DNA of 64,000 bases from Mobula hypostoma (Eukaryota): positions 98,272,001-98,336,000 of the forward strand of contig NC_086108.1 of assembly GCF_963921235.1 (NCBI RefSeq). Direction: 5' to 3'. A program made the translations under genes and the position numbers. Positions 50,040 to 62,336 of the stretch are shown here, one piece after another. The stretch's first letter is position 1; the number at the start of each line of letters is the position of its first letter. The notes under the pieces are model-generated. The model was not told the DNA's origin. It saw nothing but the letters and a program-made list of their open reading frames with translations, and ran no database searches.

Positions 50040-50572
50040 TTATTATTGTTATTATTTATTTATAGGGAACTTTTCATACAAATGATGCAGTTCGAAGTGC
50101 TTTACAATGGGATAAAGTGCAAACATAAGAACAAAAGACAAAGCTATGTTAACTAAAAGCAAAGTTAAATAAATAGTTTTTGATCTGGTGTTTAAAAGTG
50201 TCAACTGAGTCTGCATCCCTTACAGTTTTAGGTATTAAGTTCCATAGTTTAGGAGTGTAGTTAAGGGAGATTGTTAAATTTTAACAGCTCAAAATGAATA
50301 ACAAACGTAATTCTGTGTGTCATGTACTCCAGTACCAGATTATTAAGAGTTTTAAAAACAAGTAAGAGAACATTAAAATCAATTCTCAAAGATATAAAAG
50401 CCAATGCAGAGTGGTTAGGATGGGAGTGATATACTCCCTCATCCTGGTTTTAGTTGAAAGTTCTACAGTGGTGTTCTGAATGAGATAAAGTTTATCATTT
50501 GATTACTTTGGAAGGTCAGTAGAAGTGCATTGCGGTAATTTGGTCTATTTAATATAAAGATGCAAATTAGTC
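50040..50572 (-). mobile_element. L2 LINE 3' fragment
   Basis: Minus-strand tail TTGTAAAGCACTTCGA...GAAAAGTT..ATAAATAA and (TTA)n. Confidence 0.6.
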
Positions 50573-50663
50573 ATCAATTAGTTATGAAATGTGTTGTTTT
50601 GCGTCAGCAGTATAGTGCAATACATAAAAAAACTATCAATTACAATAAGAAATATACAACACA

Positions 50664-51010
50664 CTACAGTGCAAAAGTCTTAGGCACATGTAAAAAAATG
50701 CTGTTAAGTGAGGATGCTTTCAAAAGATGAAATGAAAAGTTTCTAAATATAAACACAAATTACTATGGAGAGTGGTGAACAGTAAAAAAAACTAAATCAA
50801 ATCAATACTTGTGTGACCGCACTTTGCCTTTAAAACTGTATCAATTCTCTTAGGTACACTGCTGTGCAGTTTTATAGGAAAATCGGCGGGTAGGTTGCTC
50901 CAAGCATCTCGGAGAACTTGACACAGTTCTTCTGGAGACTTCAGTTGCCTTGCTTGCTTCTGTCTCTCCAGACAGCCTCGATGATTTTGAGATCAGGGCT
51001 CTGTGGAAAT
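50664..51010. mobile_element. Tc1-like fragment
   Basis: TACAGTGCAAAAGTCTTAGGCAC terminus. Confidence 0.5.
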
Positions 51011-51050
51011 ACTATCTGAAATCATATAGAATTCTACATATAATTAAATT

Positions 51051-51569
51051 GGGGGTGCTTGGGAGGGGTAGCACCTCTCGTGAAGTGGCCTGCCGTGACC
51101 ATTTCAGGGCTGCTCACTCACCTTTGGTCCCCGCCGGCCACGCAGCTCTCACCTGTGGCTCCAGGTAGCGGTTTGCATGCGACAGCAGCTACACCCCAGT
51201 AGACCTGCTTGGGCATCTGGGCCAAGCCAGGTGAGGGCAGCCAGCAGCCTCATACCTGGCCAGGTAGGGACGTGCCAGACCCAGCATGCGAAGGCAGTGC
51301 TGGCGGACTGAGCGGATGAGACCAACAGTGAGGTCCAGCAGCTAGGAAGGCAGTACTGCAACGCTCTATGAAGAGTGAAGGCCTGGAGAACGTCACAGTC
51401 ATCCGCTGCAACCAAGGAAGACCCCAGTTTGTGATGCTTGTTCCTACCACTGGACCCGGACTTCTGAGGCGGAGAGAGTGGACCGGCCCCAGTGCAACAA
51501 CTTTTCCACTTTGAAAACTTTCCCATGCAATTTTCCTGTCATGGTCAGACATGATGGACAACCACCACC
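51051..51569 (+). mobile_element. Short RTE-tailed element (family A, full length)
   Basis: TSD ATAA(T/C)TAAAT at 51040-51049 and 51570-51579; (CAC)n tail; no tRNA A/B boxes seen. Confidence 0.8.
51052..51237 (+). ncRNA. Candidate HDV-like ribozyme (family A head)
   Basis: P1 GGGGTG/CACCCC; P2 CTCTCACCTG/CAGGTGAGGG; P3 TGGC/GCTA; L3 starts TCC; J4/2 GCCAA. Confidence 0.6.
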
Positions 51570-52723
51570 ATAACTAAATGGAATGAGTAGTGCAAAAAGA
51601 CAGCAAAAATAGTGCCGCATTGCTTCCAAGTCTGTTTTCAAGCTTTTCGATTTGCACCCTCTGAGTCAAACTTCCGGTAATTGCCCCCGCCGCACCCCCC
51701 CCCCATCCTTCACCATTCTGCATTCCCATTTCCCTTTCTTACCTAATCTTCTAATCTGCCCATCACCTCCTTCTGGTGCTCCTCCCACTTCCCTTTCTTC
51801 CATAGCCTCTGTCCTCTCCTGTCAGATTCCCCCATTATCTCTTTCACCAATGCACTTCCCAGCTCTTTACTTCACCTCTCCCCCTCTCCTGGTTTCACCC
51901 ACCACTGGCCACCTTGTACTTCTTCCTCTCCTCTCCCCACCTTCTTACTCTGACGTCTCATCCTTTTTCTTTCCAATCCTATTGAAGGATTTCGGCCTGA
52001 AACATTGACCAGTTTATTCTTTTCCATAGGTGCTGCTGGCTTGCTGAGTTCCGCCAGCATTTGTGTGTGTGGCAAAAATAGTGAGGTGGTGCTCATGGTT
52101 TAGTTCATTTTCCATTCAGAAATTTGATGGCAGAGGGGAAGAAGCTGTTCCTAAAACATTAAGAGCCTCCTAGATGCCTCCCACATTGCTGCAGTCAATA
52201 CCTGCTACACTTGATTCTTGATGCTGGTTTGCATCAGAAACGCCTTTAAAATTATGCACTCCTTCTGGCTCATAACTTCCAGCAGAAACAATTCATCTGC
52301 TTCTCTTCATTGCAAGTCTCTGGTCCAATGCTGACTGAATTTTAATGAGGCACTTCGATATGGAGAGGGATAATGTGTCATCTTTCTCAGTTTCCCCAAT
52401 CACATCACATCACACAACACAAATAATAAGCCTTGAATGCCAGAATGACATCTTGGTAGATAGGATGCACAAGAAGGTGGTGTAAGATGATTTTCTTCTT
52501 GGGTGGTTGTGGGGAAAGGTGGAAACTGAGGAGTGTGAGCAGTGTTAATCAACGAAAATATGTCACTCAGTGTTAACGAATATACATTACTCAGCGTTAG
52601 TCAGCAAAAATTGCTACTCAGTGTTAATCAGCGAAAATGTTACTCAGTGTTAATGAATATACATTACTCAGCAAAAAACATTACTCAGTGTTAATCAGCG
52701 AAAATATGTTACTCAGTGCTAAC

Positions 52724-53584
52724 TGTTACGTACCCCGTAACTGGGTTGCCAAACCAGCAGAAATGGATCACTCAGTTGGAGTCTGGAGTACTAGAACTAA
52801 GAAAGTTTTATTAAAGAAACAAGCAACACAGTAATCGAAAGGATAATAAATGCAACAGTTCAGCAATGATAGTCACACATGTGCACAGAATTAAGATAAC
52901 AGCATCAATCAAGCTCTATCGTTGTCTAGGGGTAAATGACCAAATTTCAAAGTGACTCAAAGTTCAGTCCAGTTTAGTAGCTCAGTTGGCAGTAATCGTT
53001 GCCATGGCGATGGACAACGTGGGGGAAGAGAGAGATAGAACAGGAACAACTGATCAATCAGAACAGCTTCACTCACAGACCGGCGAGATGGCTCACAAGC
53101 AGCTTTTGGGCGGGTCCTTGGTGATGTCACCTGAGGTCACCGACTGTGACCCCTCCTCCAGATGTGGTCGATCCTCTGCAGTGAACCCGGCACCCAGGCA
53201 AGGGCGGACACACACCGGGTTCCCGCTGATCGTACCTTTCCACCCTGTGCGTTGTCCGGTACTTCTCACCAACTCGTGAGAGGCGTACCGCTTCCAGGGT
53301 CTCGTTACCTCGGGTGGCGTGTGTGTCCTGCCTTAGCGAACCTGTCCCTTTTTATCCCCTTGCTGGGGCATCGCCTGTCCACCACTTCAAACAGTTCAGG
53401 GTTCAAAGGGGGAGCCGCTCCAGACAGCTCTCTCTCCCCCGTTCCTTCATTACACCGCTCCAGACGCTGCTCCATTGTTCCTTATCTCTCCTTCCCCTGA
53501 GGGCAGGTGGCAGACCACTTGCTGATGTCACTGATGCTAACCCAGGCCAGCAAACATCTTAATTTTATGTGTATTCTCGTCACA
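52724..53584 (-). mobile_element. Solo LTR of the 15453-20354 family
   Basis: Reverse complement of those LTRs; TSD TAAC at 52720-52723 and 53585-53588. Confidence 0.95.
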
Positions 53585-54316
53585 TAACGAATATACATTA
53601 CTCAGCGTTAGTCAGCAAAAAATGCTACTCAGTGTTAATCAGCGAAAATGTTACTCAGTGTTAATGAATATACATTACTCAGCACAAAAATGTTACTCAG
53701 TGTTAGCGGAAATATGTTACTCAGTTTTAACGAAAATACATTCCTCAGCAAAAAAGTTACTCAGTGTTAATCAGCAAAAATATGTTCCTCAGTGCTAACG
53801 AATATACATTACTCAGCGTTAGTCAGCAAAAAATGTTACTCAGTGTTAATCAGTGAAAATATGTTACTCAGTGTTAACGAACATACATTACTCAGCAAAA
53901 AAAGTTACTCAGTGTTAATCAGCGAAAATATGTTACTCAGTGGTAATTAGTGAAAATATGTTACTCAGTGTTAATGAATATACATTACTCAGCATTAATC
54001 AGCAAAAAATGTTACTCAGAGTTAATCTGCGAAAATATGTTATTCAGTGTTAATCAGCGAAAATATGTTACCCAGTGCTAGTCAGCAAATAAATGTTACA
54101 CAGTGCTACCGAATATATGTTATTCAGTGTTAGTCAACAAAAATGTTACTCAGTGTTAACGGCTAAGTGTTACTCAGTGTTAGCAAAAATTTGTTACTCA
54201 GTGTTAGCAAAAATATGTTACTCAGTGTTAGTCAGCAAATAAATGTTACTCAGTTTTACCAAAAATGTTACTCAGTGTTAGTCAACAAGAATATGTTACT
54301 CAGTGTTAGTGAATAT

Positions 54317-54927
54317 GATTATGAAGACACGTAGTCCTCTTTTATTGTCATTTAGTAATGCATGCATTAAGAAATGATACATTATTTCCTCCGGTGTGAT
54401 ATCACAAAACACAGGACAGACCAAGACTAGAAAAACTGACAAAACCACATAATTATAACCTATAGTTACAACAGTGCAACAATACCATAACTTGATGAAG
54501 AAGTACATGAGCACAGTAAAGTTCAAAGTTTCTCAAATGTCCCACATCTCACGTAGACGGGAGAAGGAAGAAAAACTCTCCCTGCCATGCCGTCCACAAT
54601 CCGACTCTGAGTCATCCGAAAACTTCGAGCCTCCGATCAGCTCTCCGACACTGAGTACTGAGCGCCATCTCTGTCCGAACGATTCGACCTCCTTCTCGGT
54701 TGCCAAAAGCAGGCAAGGCTGGGGATTTTGAGGCCTACCCTCTGAAAGATTCCTGACCACACAGTAACGACAGCAGCAAATGGCGTTTCAGAAATTTCTC
54801 CAGATGTTCCTCTGTGCTTTTATGTCCATTCTCCATCAAATCAGAATTGTCCACGACCCCTATTTAATGGATACAATATCATTTTTCACCGGAGGGCTGC
54901 GCAAACCATCTTCTCCTCCCACCTATA
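54317..54927 (-). mobile_element. Non-coding retroelement with 3' stem-loop
   Basis: Related to 34770-35390; TSD TGAATAT at 54310-54316 and 54928-54934. Confidence 0.75.
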
Positions 54928-55199
54928 TGAATATATGTTACTTAGTTTGCTATGTATACAGTATCAGTGATGGATTCAGAGTAATTAGAGGTATTATGAT
55001 AATCAATGAAGCCTTATAATCCCAATATTGTTCTTAAGATATCATTCAATTCATGTCTAATGTATCATTTCATGTCTAACACCATCAAAGCCTTACAATC
55101 AGATTTGTAATAAATTAGCAGAGCTGCCTTTGATATGCCTAATGACCTAAGATTTCCAGTGATGGTTTAAGCTTGAAATCACCATTTGTATAGTGCCAA

Positions 55200-55812
55200 T
55201 ATATATTGTTGACTGTGCATCACAGCATGGTATGGAAACACCAATGCCCTTGAACAGAAAATCCTACAAAAAGTGGTGGATACGGTCTTGTCTATCATGG
55301 GTAAAGCCCTCCCAACCACTGAGCACATCTACATGAAATGCTATCGCAGGAAAGCAGCATCCATCATCATAGACTCTTACCATTAGGACATGCTGTCTTC
55401 TCACTGCTGCTATTAGGAAAAAAGTACAAGACCTCAGGACTTGCACTACCAGGTTCAACAATAGTTATTACCCCTCAACCATCAGGCTCTTGAACCGGTG
55501 GGGATAACTTCACTCAACTTCACTTGCCCCATCATTGAAATGTTCCCTCAACTAATGGGCTCACTTTCAAGGTGTCTTCATCTCATATTCTTGATATATC
55601 TTGTTTATTTATTTATTATTATTGTTTTTGCTTTTTGCATTCCAGTTTGTTGTCTTCTGCAGTCTGGTTGAACACCTTAGTTGAGCGGTCCTTCATTGGT
55701 TCTGTTATGATTATTATTCTATAGATTTATCAAGTATACCTGCAAGAGAATGAAGGGTTGTATATGGTGACATACGTAAATATACTTTGATAATACATTT
55801 ACTTTGAACTTT
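55200..55812 (+). mobile_element. Rex1/Babar-like 3' fragment
   Basis: Same coding remnant and (ACTTTGA)n tail as 14727-15325. Confidence 0.8.
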
Positions 55813-57021
55813 GTAGTTTTCCAAATATAAGAGTCAATTTAGGCAACCACAAGACATAAGTCAGGCAACACCAACATTCGCTCTGTAATAATTAGCAACC
55901 TTCCAAACCAGGACTCTTGTATCTCCCTCTAAAGCTGGACGCTTGACTTCCTGATCAGAAGCCCACAGTCAGTGCAGATCAGATATAACATCTCTTCCTC
56001 GCTGGTGATCAACACCAGTGCACTTCAAGGTTGCATGCTTAGCCCACTGCATTCATAACTGTGTGGCTAAGTGCAGTTCAAATGCCATTGGTAAATCATA
56101 ATCAGGACCGACAAAGGGTCTCAGCCTGAAATGTCGACTGTACCTCTTTCCTAGAGATGCTGCCTGACCTGCTGCATTCACCAGCAACTTTGATGTGTGT
56201 TGCTTGAATTTCCAGCATCTGCAGAATTCCTCGTGGTTGCATGATCGTCTTGTATGGAGGGGCCAATGCATGGGATTGCAAGAGGCTGCAGAAGGTTATG
56301 AACTTAGCCAGCTCCACCACAGGTAAAACCCTCACCGCTATTGAGGATGTACCTCAAAAAAGTAGCATCCTTCCTGAAGGACCCTCAGCATTCAGGACAT
56401 GACCTCTTCTTAATATCATCAAGGAGGAAGTACAGGAGCCTGAAGACCTACACTCTTCGGGAGGAACAGCTTCCTATTATTTTAGGAAACAAATATTTTA
56501 GGGACAGCTTCTTCCTCTCTGCCATTAGATTCCTGAGCAGTCCATGAACCCATGAAAAGTACCTCATTATATATTTTTTTCTAAAATATTAATTTATTTC
56601 TGTAATTGATACGGTTTTTATCTTTGTACTGTACCGCTGCCAGAGAACGACAAACTTCATGCCACATATGAGTGATAATAAACAGTCCGTTGCTGCTTCA
56701 AAGCTTGTGGTAGATGTATTGATCGAAGATACACAGGTTCATTTTCGTCATCTCTTCCAAGTAAGAGGCCACCTCATCAAAATTAGAAGCTTGTGTGACA
56801 GCGAGCATTCGTTAAGCACAGTCCTTCCTACGCACACAAACGTTGCCTTGTCATTCTGCTGTCACAGTGCTGAGTGTGTGACTTCCCTGCTATATTCTCA
56901 TAATGGGTCTTAAACCGAGTTCATGTGCTCGGGTTGGCTTTACAATGCCTTTCCTGCCATACATTTCACAATATTCCGTTTCTTTACTTATGGGGATGTG
57001 TAAATGTGTATAGATTGTTTG

Positions 57022-57412
57022 TACTGTCAGAGCAGTGCTGCCAGGATAATCAAGGACACGACCCACCCAGCCAACACACTTTTCGTCCCTCTTCCCTCCG
57101 GGAGAAGGCTCAGGAGCTTGAAGACTCGTACAGCCAGATATGGGAACAGCTTCTTTCCAACTGTGATAAGACTGGTGAACGGATCCTGACCCGGATCTGG
57201 GCCGTACCCTCCAAATATCCGGACCTGCCTCTCGGTATTTTATCACCACCTTACTTTCCATTTTTCTATTTTCTATTTATGATTTATAATTTAAATTTTT
57301 AATATTTACTATTAATTTGTATTCCAGGGAGTGGGAAGCGCAGAATCAAATATTGCTGTGATGATTGTATTTTCTAGTATCAATTGCTTGGCGACAATAA
57401 AGTATAAAGTAT
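57022..57412 (+). mobile_element. Young Rex1/Babar-like 3' fragment
   Basis: Near-identical to 27337-27726. Confidence 0.9.
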
Positions 57413-58164
57413 ATACTCTATTTGATGTAGATACTTATGTTTATTTTGTAGTATGATTGTAACTACATCATATTCTAATTCACGTGTAGTCTTATTTTAA
57501 GTTTTTGGATAATTAAAGATCCTGGAACATAGAACATAGAATAGTACAGCACAGTACAGGCCTTTCAGCCCACAGTGTTGTCCTGTTGCCTAATAAACGG
57601 GGCTCATCACTCTCAGAAGGAGAGAGAGATAGGAGGTCTGCCAGGAGCTCACATTGGACAAAAATAGCACAAAGCTATTATTGTGCTTTCTGGTAGATAG
57701 CTTTTTGTAAATGTTGGCTGTTTCCGCTAATTTTTCTAGGTTTGATTTTTGCCACACCTGATAAACGGCCTTGAGCGAAAGTGCTGAGCAACTCCAGCAG
57801 TTTTTTTCCTTTGGTCATAACCCACATACTTAACAACCTGTTGGGGAATATAACCCACATGCTTTATAATCTCCGCAGCTCAGCTGGGTGTGAGTGAGCA
57901 GGTGAGTCTGTATTGACAAACTAATATAACTGATAAAGAAAATCACCTGAGGCTAATGACAAACATTTAAGCTGGCTCACACACAAAAAGTGCTGGTGAA
58001 CGCAGCAGGCCAGGCAGCATCTATAAGAAGAGGTACAGTCGACGTTTTGGGCTGAGACCCTTCGTCAGGACTGCCTGTTTATGTCTAATGGATGTGGATG
58101 CTTCACTCTCTTGCCTACCACAATGCCTCATAATGTCCTTCATATAAACACGAACCTTCATAGA

Positions 58165-58877
58165 TCATAAGACCATGAGATGTAGGAGCAGGAATAGGCC
58201 ATTCAGCCCATCGATCACTGCCATTCTATCACCGATCCCAGATCCCATTCAACCTCATACACGTGCTTTCTCGCCATATCCTTTGACGCCCTGACCGATC
58301 AGGAAACAATCAACTTCCGCCTTAAATATACACGCGGACTTGGCCTCCACCGCAGTCTGTGGCAGAGCATTCCACAGATTCACTACTCACTGGCTAAAAA
58401 AAATTCCTCTGTACCTCTGTTCTAAAAGGTCACCTCTCAATTTTGAGACTGTGCTCTCCAGTTCTGGATACCCCCAACATAGAAAACATCCTCTCCACAT
58501 CCACCTTATCCAGACCTTTGAACATTCAGTAGGTTTCAATGAGATTCCCCTGCATTCTTCTAAATTCCAGTGAGTACAGGCCCAAAGCTGCCAAACGCTC
58601 CTCATATGTTAACCCCTTCATTCCCGGGTTCATCCTCATGAACTTCCTCTGAACTCCTTTTGGAGATAACGGGCCCAAAACTGTTGACAATACTCCAAGT
58701 GCGACCTGACCAGTGTCTTATAAAGTCTCAGCATTATCTCCTTGCTTTTATATTCAGTTCTCCTTGAAATAAATGCCAACATTGTATCTTGCCTTCTTTA
58801 CCACAGACTCAACCTGTAAATTAACCTTCTGGGAATATTGCACAAGGACTCCTAAGTCCCTCTGCACCTCTGATGTT
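58165..58877 (-). mobile_element. CR1 3' fragment
   Basis: Same subfamily as 1985-2637/9048+; shows the empty-site sequence for the LTR insertion at 2638. Confidence 0.85.
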
Positions 58878-58996
58878 CATGGACAGAAATGGTAACACAA
58901 ACATGAGGAAATCTGCAGATGCTGGAAATTCAAGCAACACACACAAAAAGTGCTGGTGAACGCAGCAGGCCAGGTCGCATCTATAGGAAGGGGTAC

Positions 58997-59032
58997 AGTC
59001 GACGTTTCGGGCTGAGAACCTTCGTCAGGACT
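58997..59032 (-). ncRNA. Minimal type-I hammerhead ribozyme motif
   Basis: Minus strand AGTC-CTGACGA-AGGTTCTCAGCCC-GAAA-C-GTC-GACT: both core boxes, NUH site GUC, stem I AGTC/GACT. Confidence 0.75.
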
Positions 59033-60220
59033 AACTGAAAGAAGAGCTAGTAAGAGATTTGAAAGTGGGAGGGGGAGGGGGAGATCCAAAATGATAGGAG
59101 AAGACAGGAGGGGGAGGGATGGAGCCAAGAGCTGGACAGGTGATAGGCAAAAGGGATATGAGAGGGTCATGGGATGTGAGGCCAGGGAGATAGAAACGGG
59201 GAGGGGGCGTAGCCCAGAGGATGGGCAAGGAGTGATAGTGAGAGGGACAGAGGGAGAAAAAAGGAGAGAAAAAAAGGGGAAAAATAAATAACTAAACAAA
59301 CAAACAAACAAACAAACAAATAAATAAATAAATAAATAAGGGATGGGGTACGAAGGGCAGGTGGGGCATTAACGGAAGTTACAGAAGTCAATGTTCATTC
59401 CATCAGGTTGGAGGCTACCCACACGGAATATAAGGTGTTGTTCCTTCAACCTGAGTGTGGCTTCATCTTTACAGTAGAGGAGGCCGTGGAAAGACATATC
59501 AGAATGGGAATGAGATGTGGAATTAAAATGTGTGGCCACTGGGAGATCCTGCTTTCTTTGGCGGACAGAGCATAGGTATACAGCGAAACGGTCTCCCAGC
59601 CTGTGTCAGGTCTCACCAATATATAGAAGGCCACACTGGGAGCACCGGACGCAGTATATCACCCCAGCCGACTCACAGGTGAAGTGTCGCCTCACCTGGA
59701 AGGACTGTCTGCGGCCCTGAATGGTGGTAAGGGAGGAAGTGTAAGGGCATGTGTAGCACTTGTTCCACTTACAAGGATAAGTGCCAGGAGGGAGATCGGT
59801 GGGAAGGGATGGGGGGGACGAATGGACAAGGGAGTCACATAGGGAGTGATCCCTGCAGAAAGCAGAAAGGGGGGAGGGGAGGGAAAGATGTGCTTAGTGG
59901 TGGGATCCCGTTGGAAGTGGCGGAAGTTACGGAGAATTATATGTTGGACCCGGAGGCTGATGGAGTGGTAGGTGAGGACAAGGGAACCCTATTGCTAGTG
60001 AGGTGGCGGGAGGATGGAGTGAGAGCAGATGTGCATGAAATGGGGGAGATGTGTTCGAGAGCAGAGTTGATGGTGGAGGAAGGGAAGCTCCTTTCTCTGA
60101 AAAAGGAAAACATCTCCCTTGTCCTAGAATGAAAAGCCTCATCCTGAGAGCAGATGCGGTGGAGACGGAGGATTTGCGAGAAGGGGATGGCGTTTTTGCA
60201 GGAGACAGGGTGGGAAGAGG

Positions 60221-62336
60221 AATAGAAAATAGGTGCAGGAGTAGGCCATTAGGCCCTTTGAGCCTGCACCACCATTTATTATGATCATGGCTGATCATCC
60301 AACTCAGAACCCCGCCCCAGCCTTCCCTCCATACCCCCTGACCCCTGTAGCCACAAGGGCCATATCTAACTCCCTCTTAAACATAGCCAATGAACTGGCC
60401 TCAACAGTTTGCTGTGGCAGAGAATTCCACAGATTCACCACTCTCTGTGTGAAGAAGTTTTTCCTAATCTCGGTCCTAAAAGGCTTCCCCTCTATCCTCA
60501 AACTGTGACCCCTTGTTCTGGACTTCCCCAACATCGGGAACAATCTTCCTGCATCTAGCCTGTCCAATCCCTTTAGGATCTTATACGTTTCAATCAGATC
60601 CCCCCTCAATCTTCTAAATTCCAACGAGTACAAGCCCAGTTCATCCAGTCTTTCTTCATATGAAAGTCCTGCCATCCCAGGAATCAATCTGGTGAACCTT
60701 CTTTGTACTCCCTCTATGGCAAAGATGTCTTTCCTCAGATTAGGGGACCAAAACTGCACACAATACTCCAGGTGTGGTCTCACCAAGGCCTTGTACAACT
60801 GCAGTAGTACCTCCCTGCTCCTGTACTCGAATCCTCTCGCTATAAATGCCAGCATACCATTCGCCTTTTTCACCGCCTGCTGTACCTGCATGCCCACTTT
60901 CAATGACTGGTGTATAATGACACCCAGGTCTCGTTGCACCTCCCCTTTTCCTAATCGGCCACCATTCAGATAATAATCTGTTTTCCTATTTTTGCCACCA
61001 AAGTGGATAACTTCACATTTATCCACATTAATTGCATCTGCCATGAGTTTGCCCACTCACCCAACCTATCCAAGTCACCCTGCATCCTCTTAGCATCCTC
61101 CTCACTGCTAACACTGCCGCCCAGCTCGGTGTCATCCGCAAACTTGGAGATGCTGCATTTAATTCCCTCATCCAAGTCATTAATATATATTGTAAACAAC
61201 TGGGGTCCCAGCACTGAGCCTTGCGGTACCCCACTAGTCACCGCCTGCCATTCTGAAAAGGTCCCGTTTATTCCCACTCTTTGCTTCCTGTCTGCTAACC
61301 AATTCTCCACCCACACCAATACCTTACCCCCAATACCGTGTGCTTTAAGTTTGCACACTAATCTCCTGTGTGGGACCTTGTCAAAAGCCTTTTGAAAATC
61401 CAAATATACCACATCCACTGGTTCTTCCCTATCCACTCTACTAGTTACATCCTCAAAAAATTCTATGAGATTCGTCAGACATGATTTTCCTTTCATAAAT
61501 CCATGCTGACTTTGTCCGATCATTTCTCTGCTTTCCAAATGTGCTGTTATCACATCCTTGATAACTGACTCCAGCAGTTTCCCCACCACCGACGTTAGGC
61601 TAACCGGTCTATAATTCCCCAGTTTCTCTCTCCCTCCTTTTTTAAAAATTGGGGTTACATTAGCCACCCTCCAATCCTCAGGAACTAGTCCAGAATCTAA
61701 CGAGTTTTGAAAAATTATCACTAATGCATCCACTATTTCTTGGGCTACTTCCTTAAGCACTCTAGGATGCAGACCATCTGGCCCTGGGGATTTATCTGCC
61801 CTCAATCCCTTCAATTTACCTAACACCACTTCCCTACTAACATGTATTTCACTCAGTTCCTCCATCTCACTGTACCCTCTGTCCCTAACTACTTCTGGAA
61901 GATTATTTATGTCCTCCTTAGTGAAGACAGAACCAAAGTAATTATTCAATTGGTCTGCCATGTCCTTGCTCCCCATAATCAATTCACCTGTTTCTGTCTG
62001 CAGGGGACCTACATTTGTCTTTACCAGTCTTTTCCTTTTTACATATCTATAAAAGCTTTTACAGTCCGTTTTTATGTTCTCTGCCAGTTTTCTCTCATAA
62101 TTTTTTTCCCCTTCCTAATTAAGCCCTTTGTCCTCCTCTGCTGAACTCTGAATTCCTCCCAGTCCTCAGGTGAGCCACTTTCTCTGGCTAATTTGTATGC
62201 TACTTCTTTGGAATTGATACTATCCCTAATTTCTCTTGTCAGCCACGGGTGCACTACCTTCCTTGATTTATTCTTTTGCCAAACTGGGATGAACAATTGT
62301 TGTAGTTCATCCATGCAACCTATAAATGCTTGCCAT
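60221..62336 (-). mobile_element. Young 5'-truncated CR1 LINE, ORF2 nearly intact
   Basis: 338-aa and 250-aa frames separated by a frameshift; YLDFQKAFDKV, GVPQGSVLGP, FADD; inserted in Penelope at ATAG. Confidence 0.95.

Larger units (their letters stand above)
52540..54950. repeat. Minisatellite with core TGTTACTCAGTGTTA, interrupted by a solo LTR and a retroelement
   Basis: Roughly 30 variable units of ~20-29 bp. Confidence 0.9.

Noticed and set aside
52540..54312. CRISPR-like array
   Set aside because: The inter-core segments are variants of each other, not unique spacers; eukaryotic context and no cas genes.
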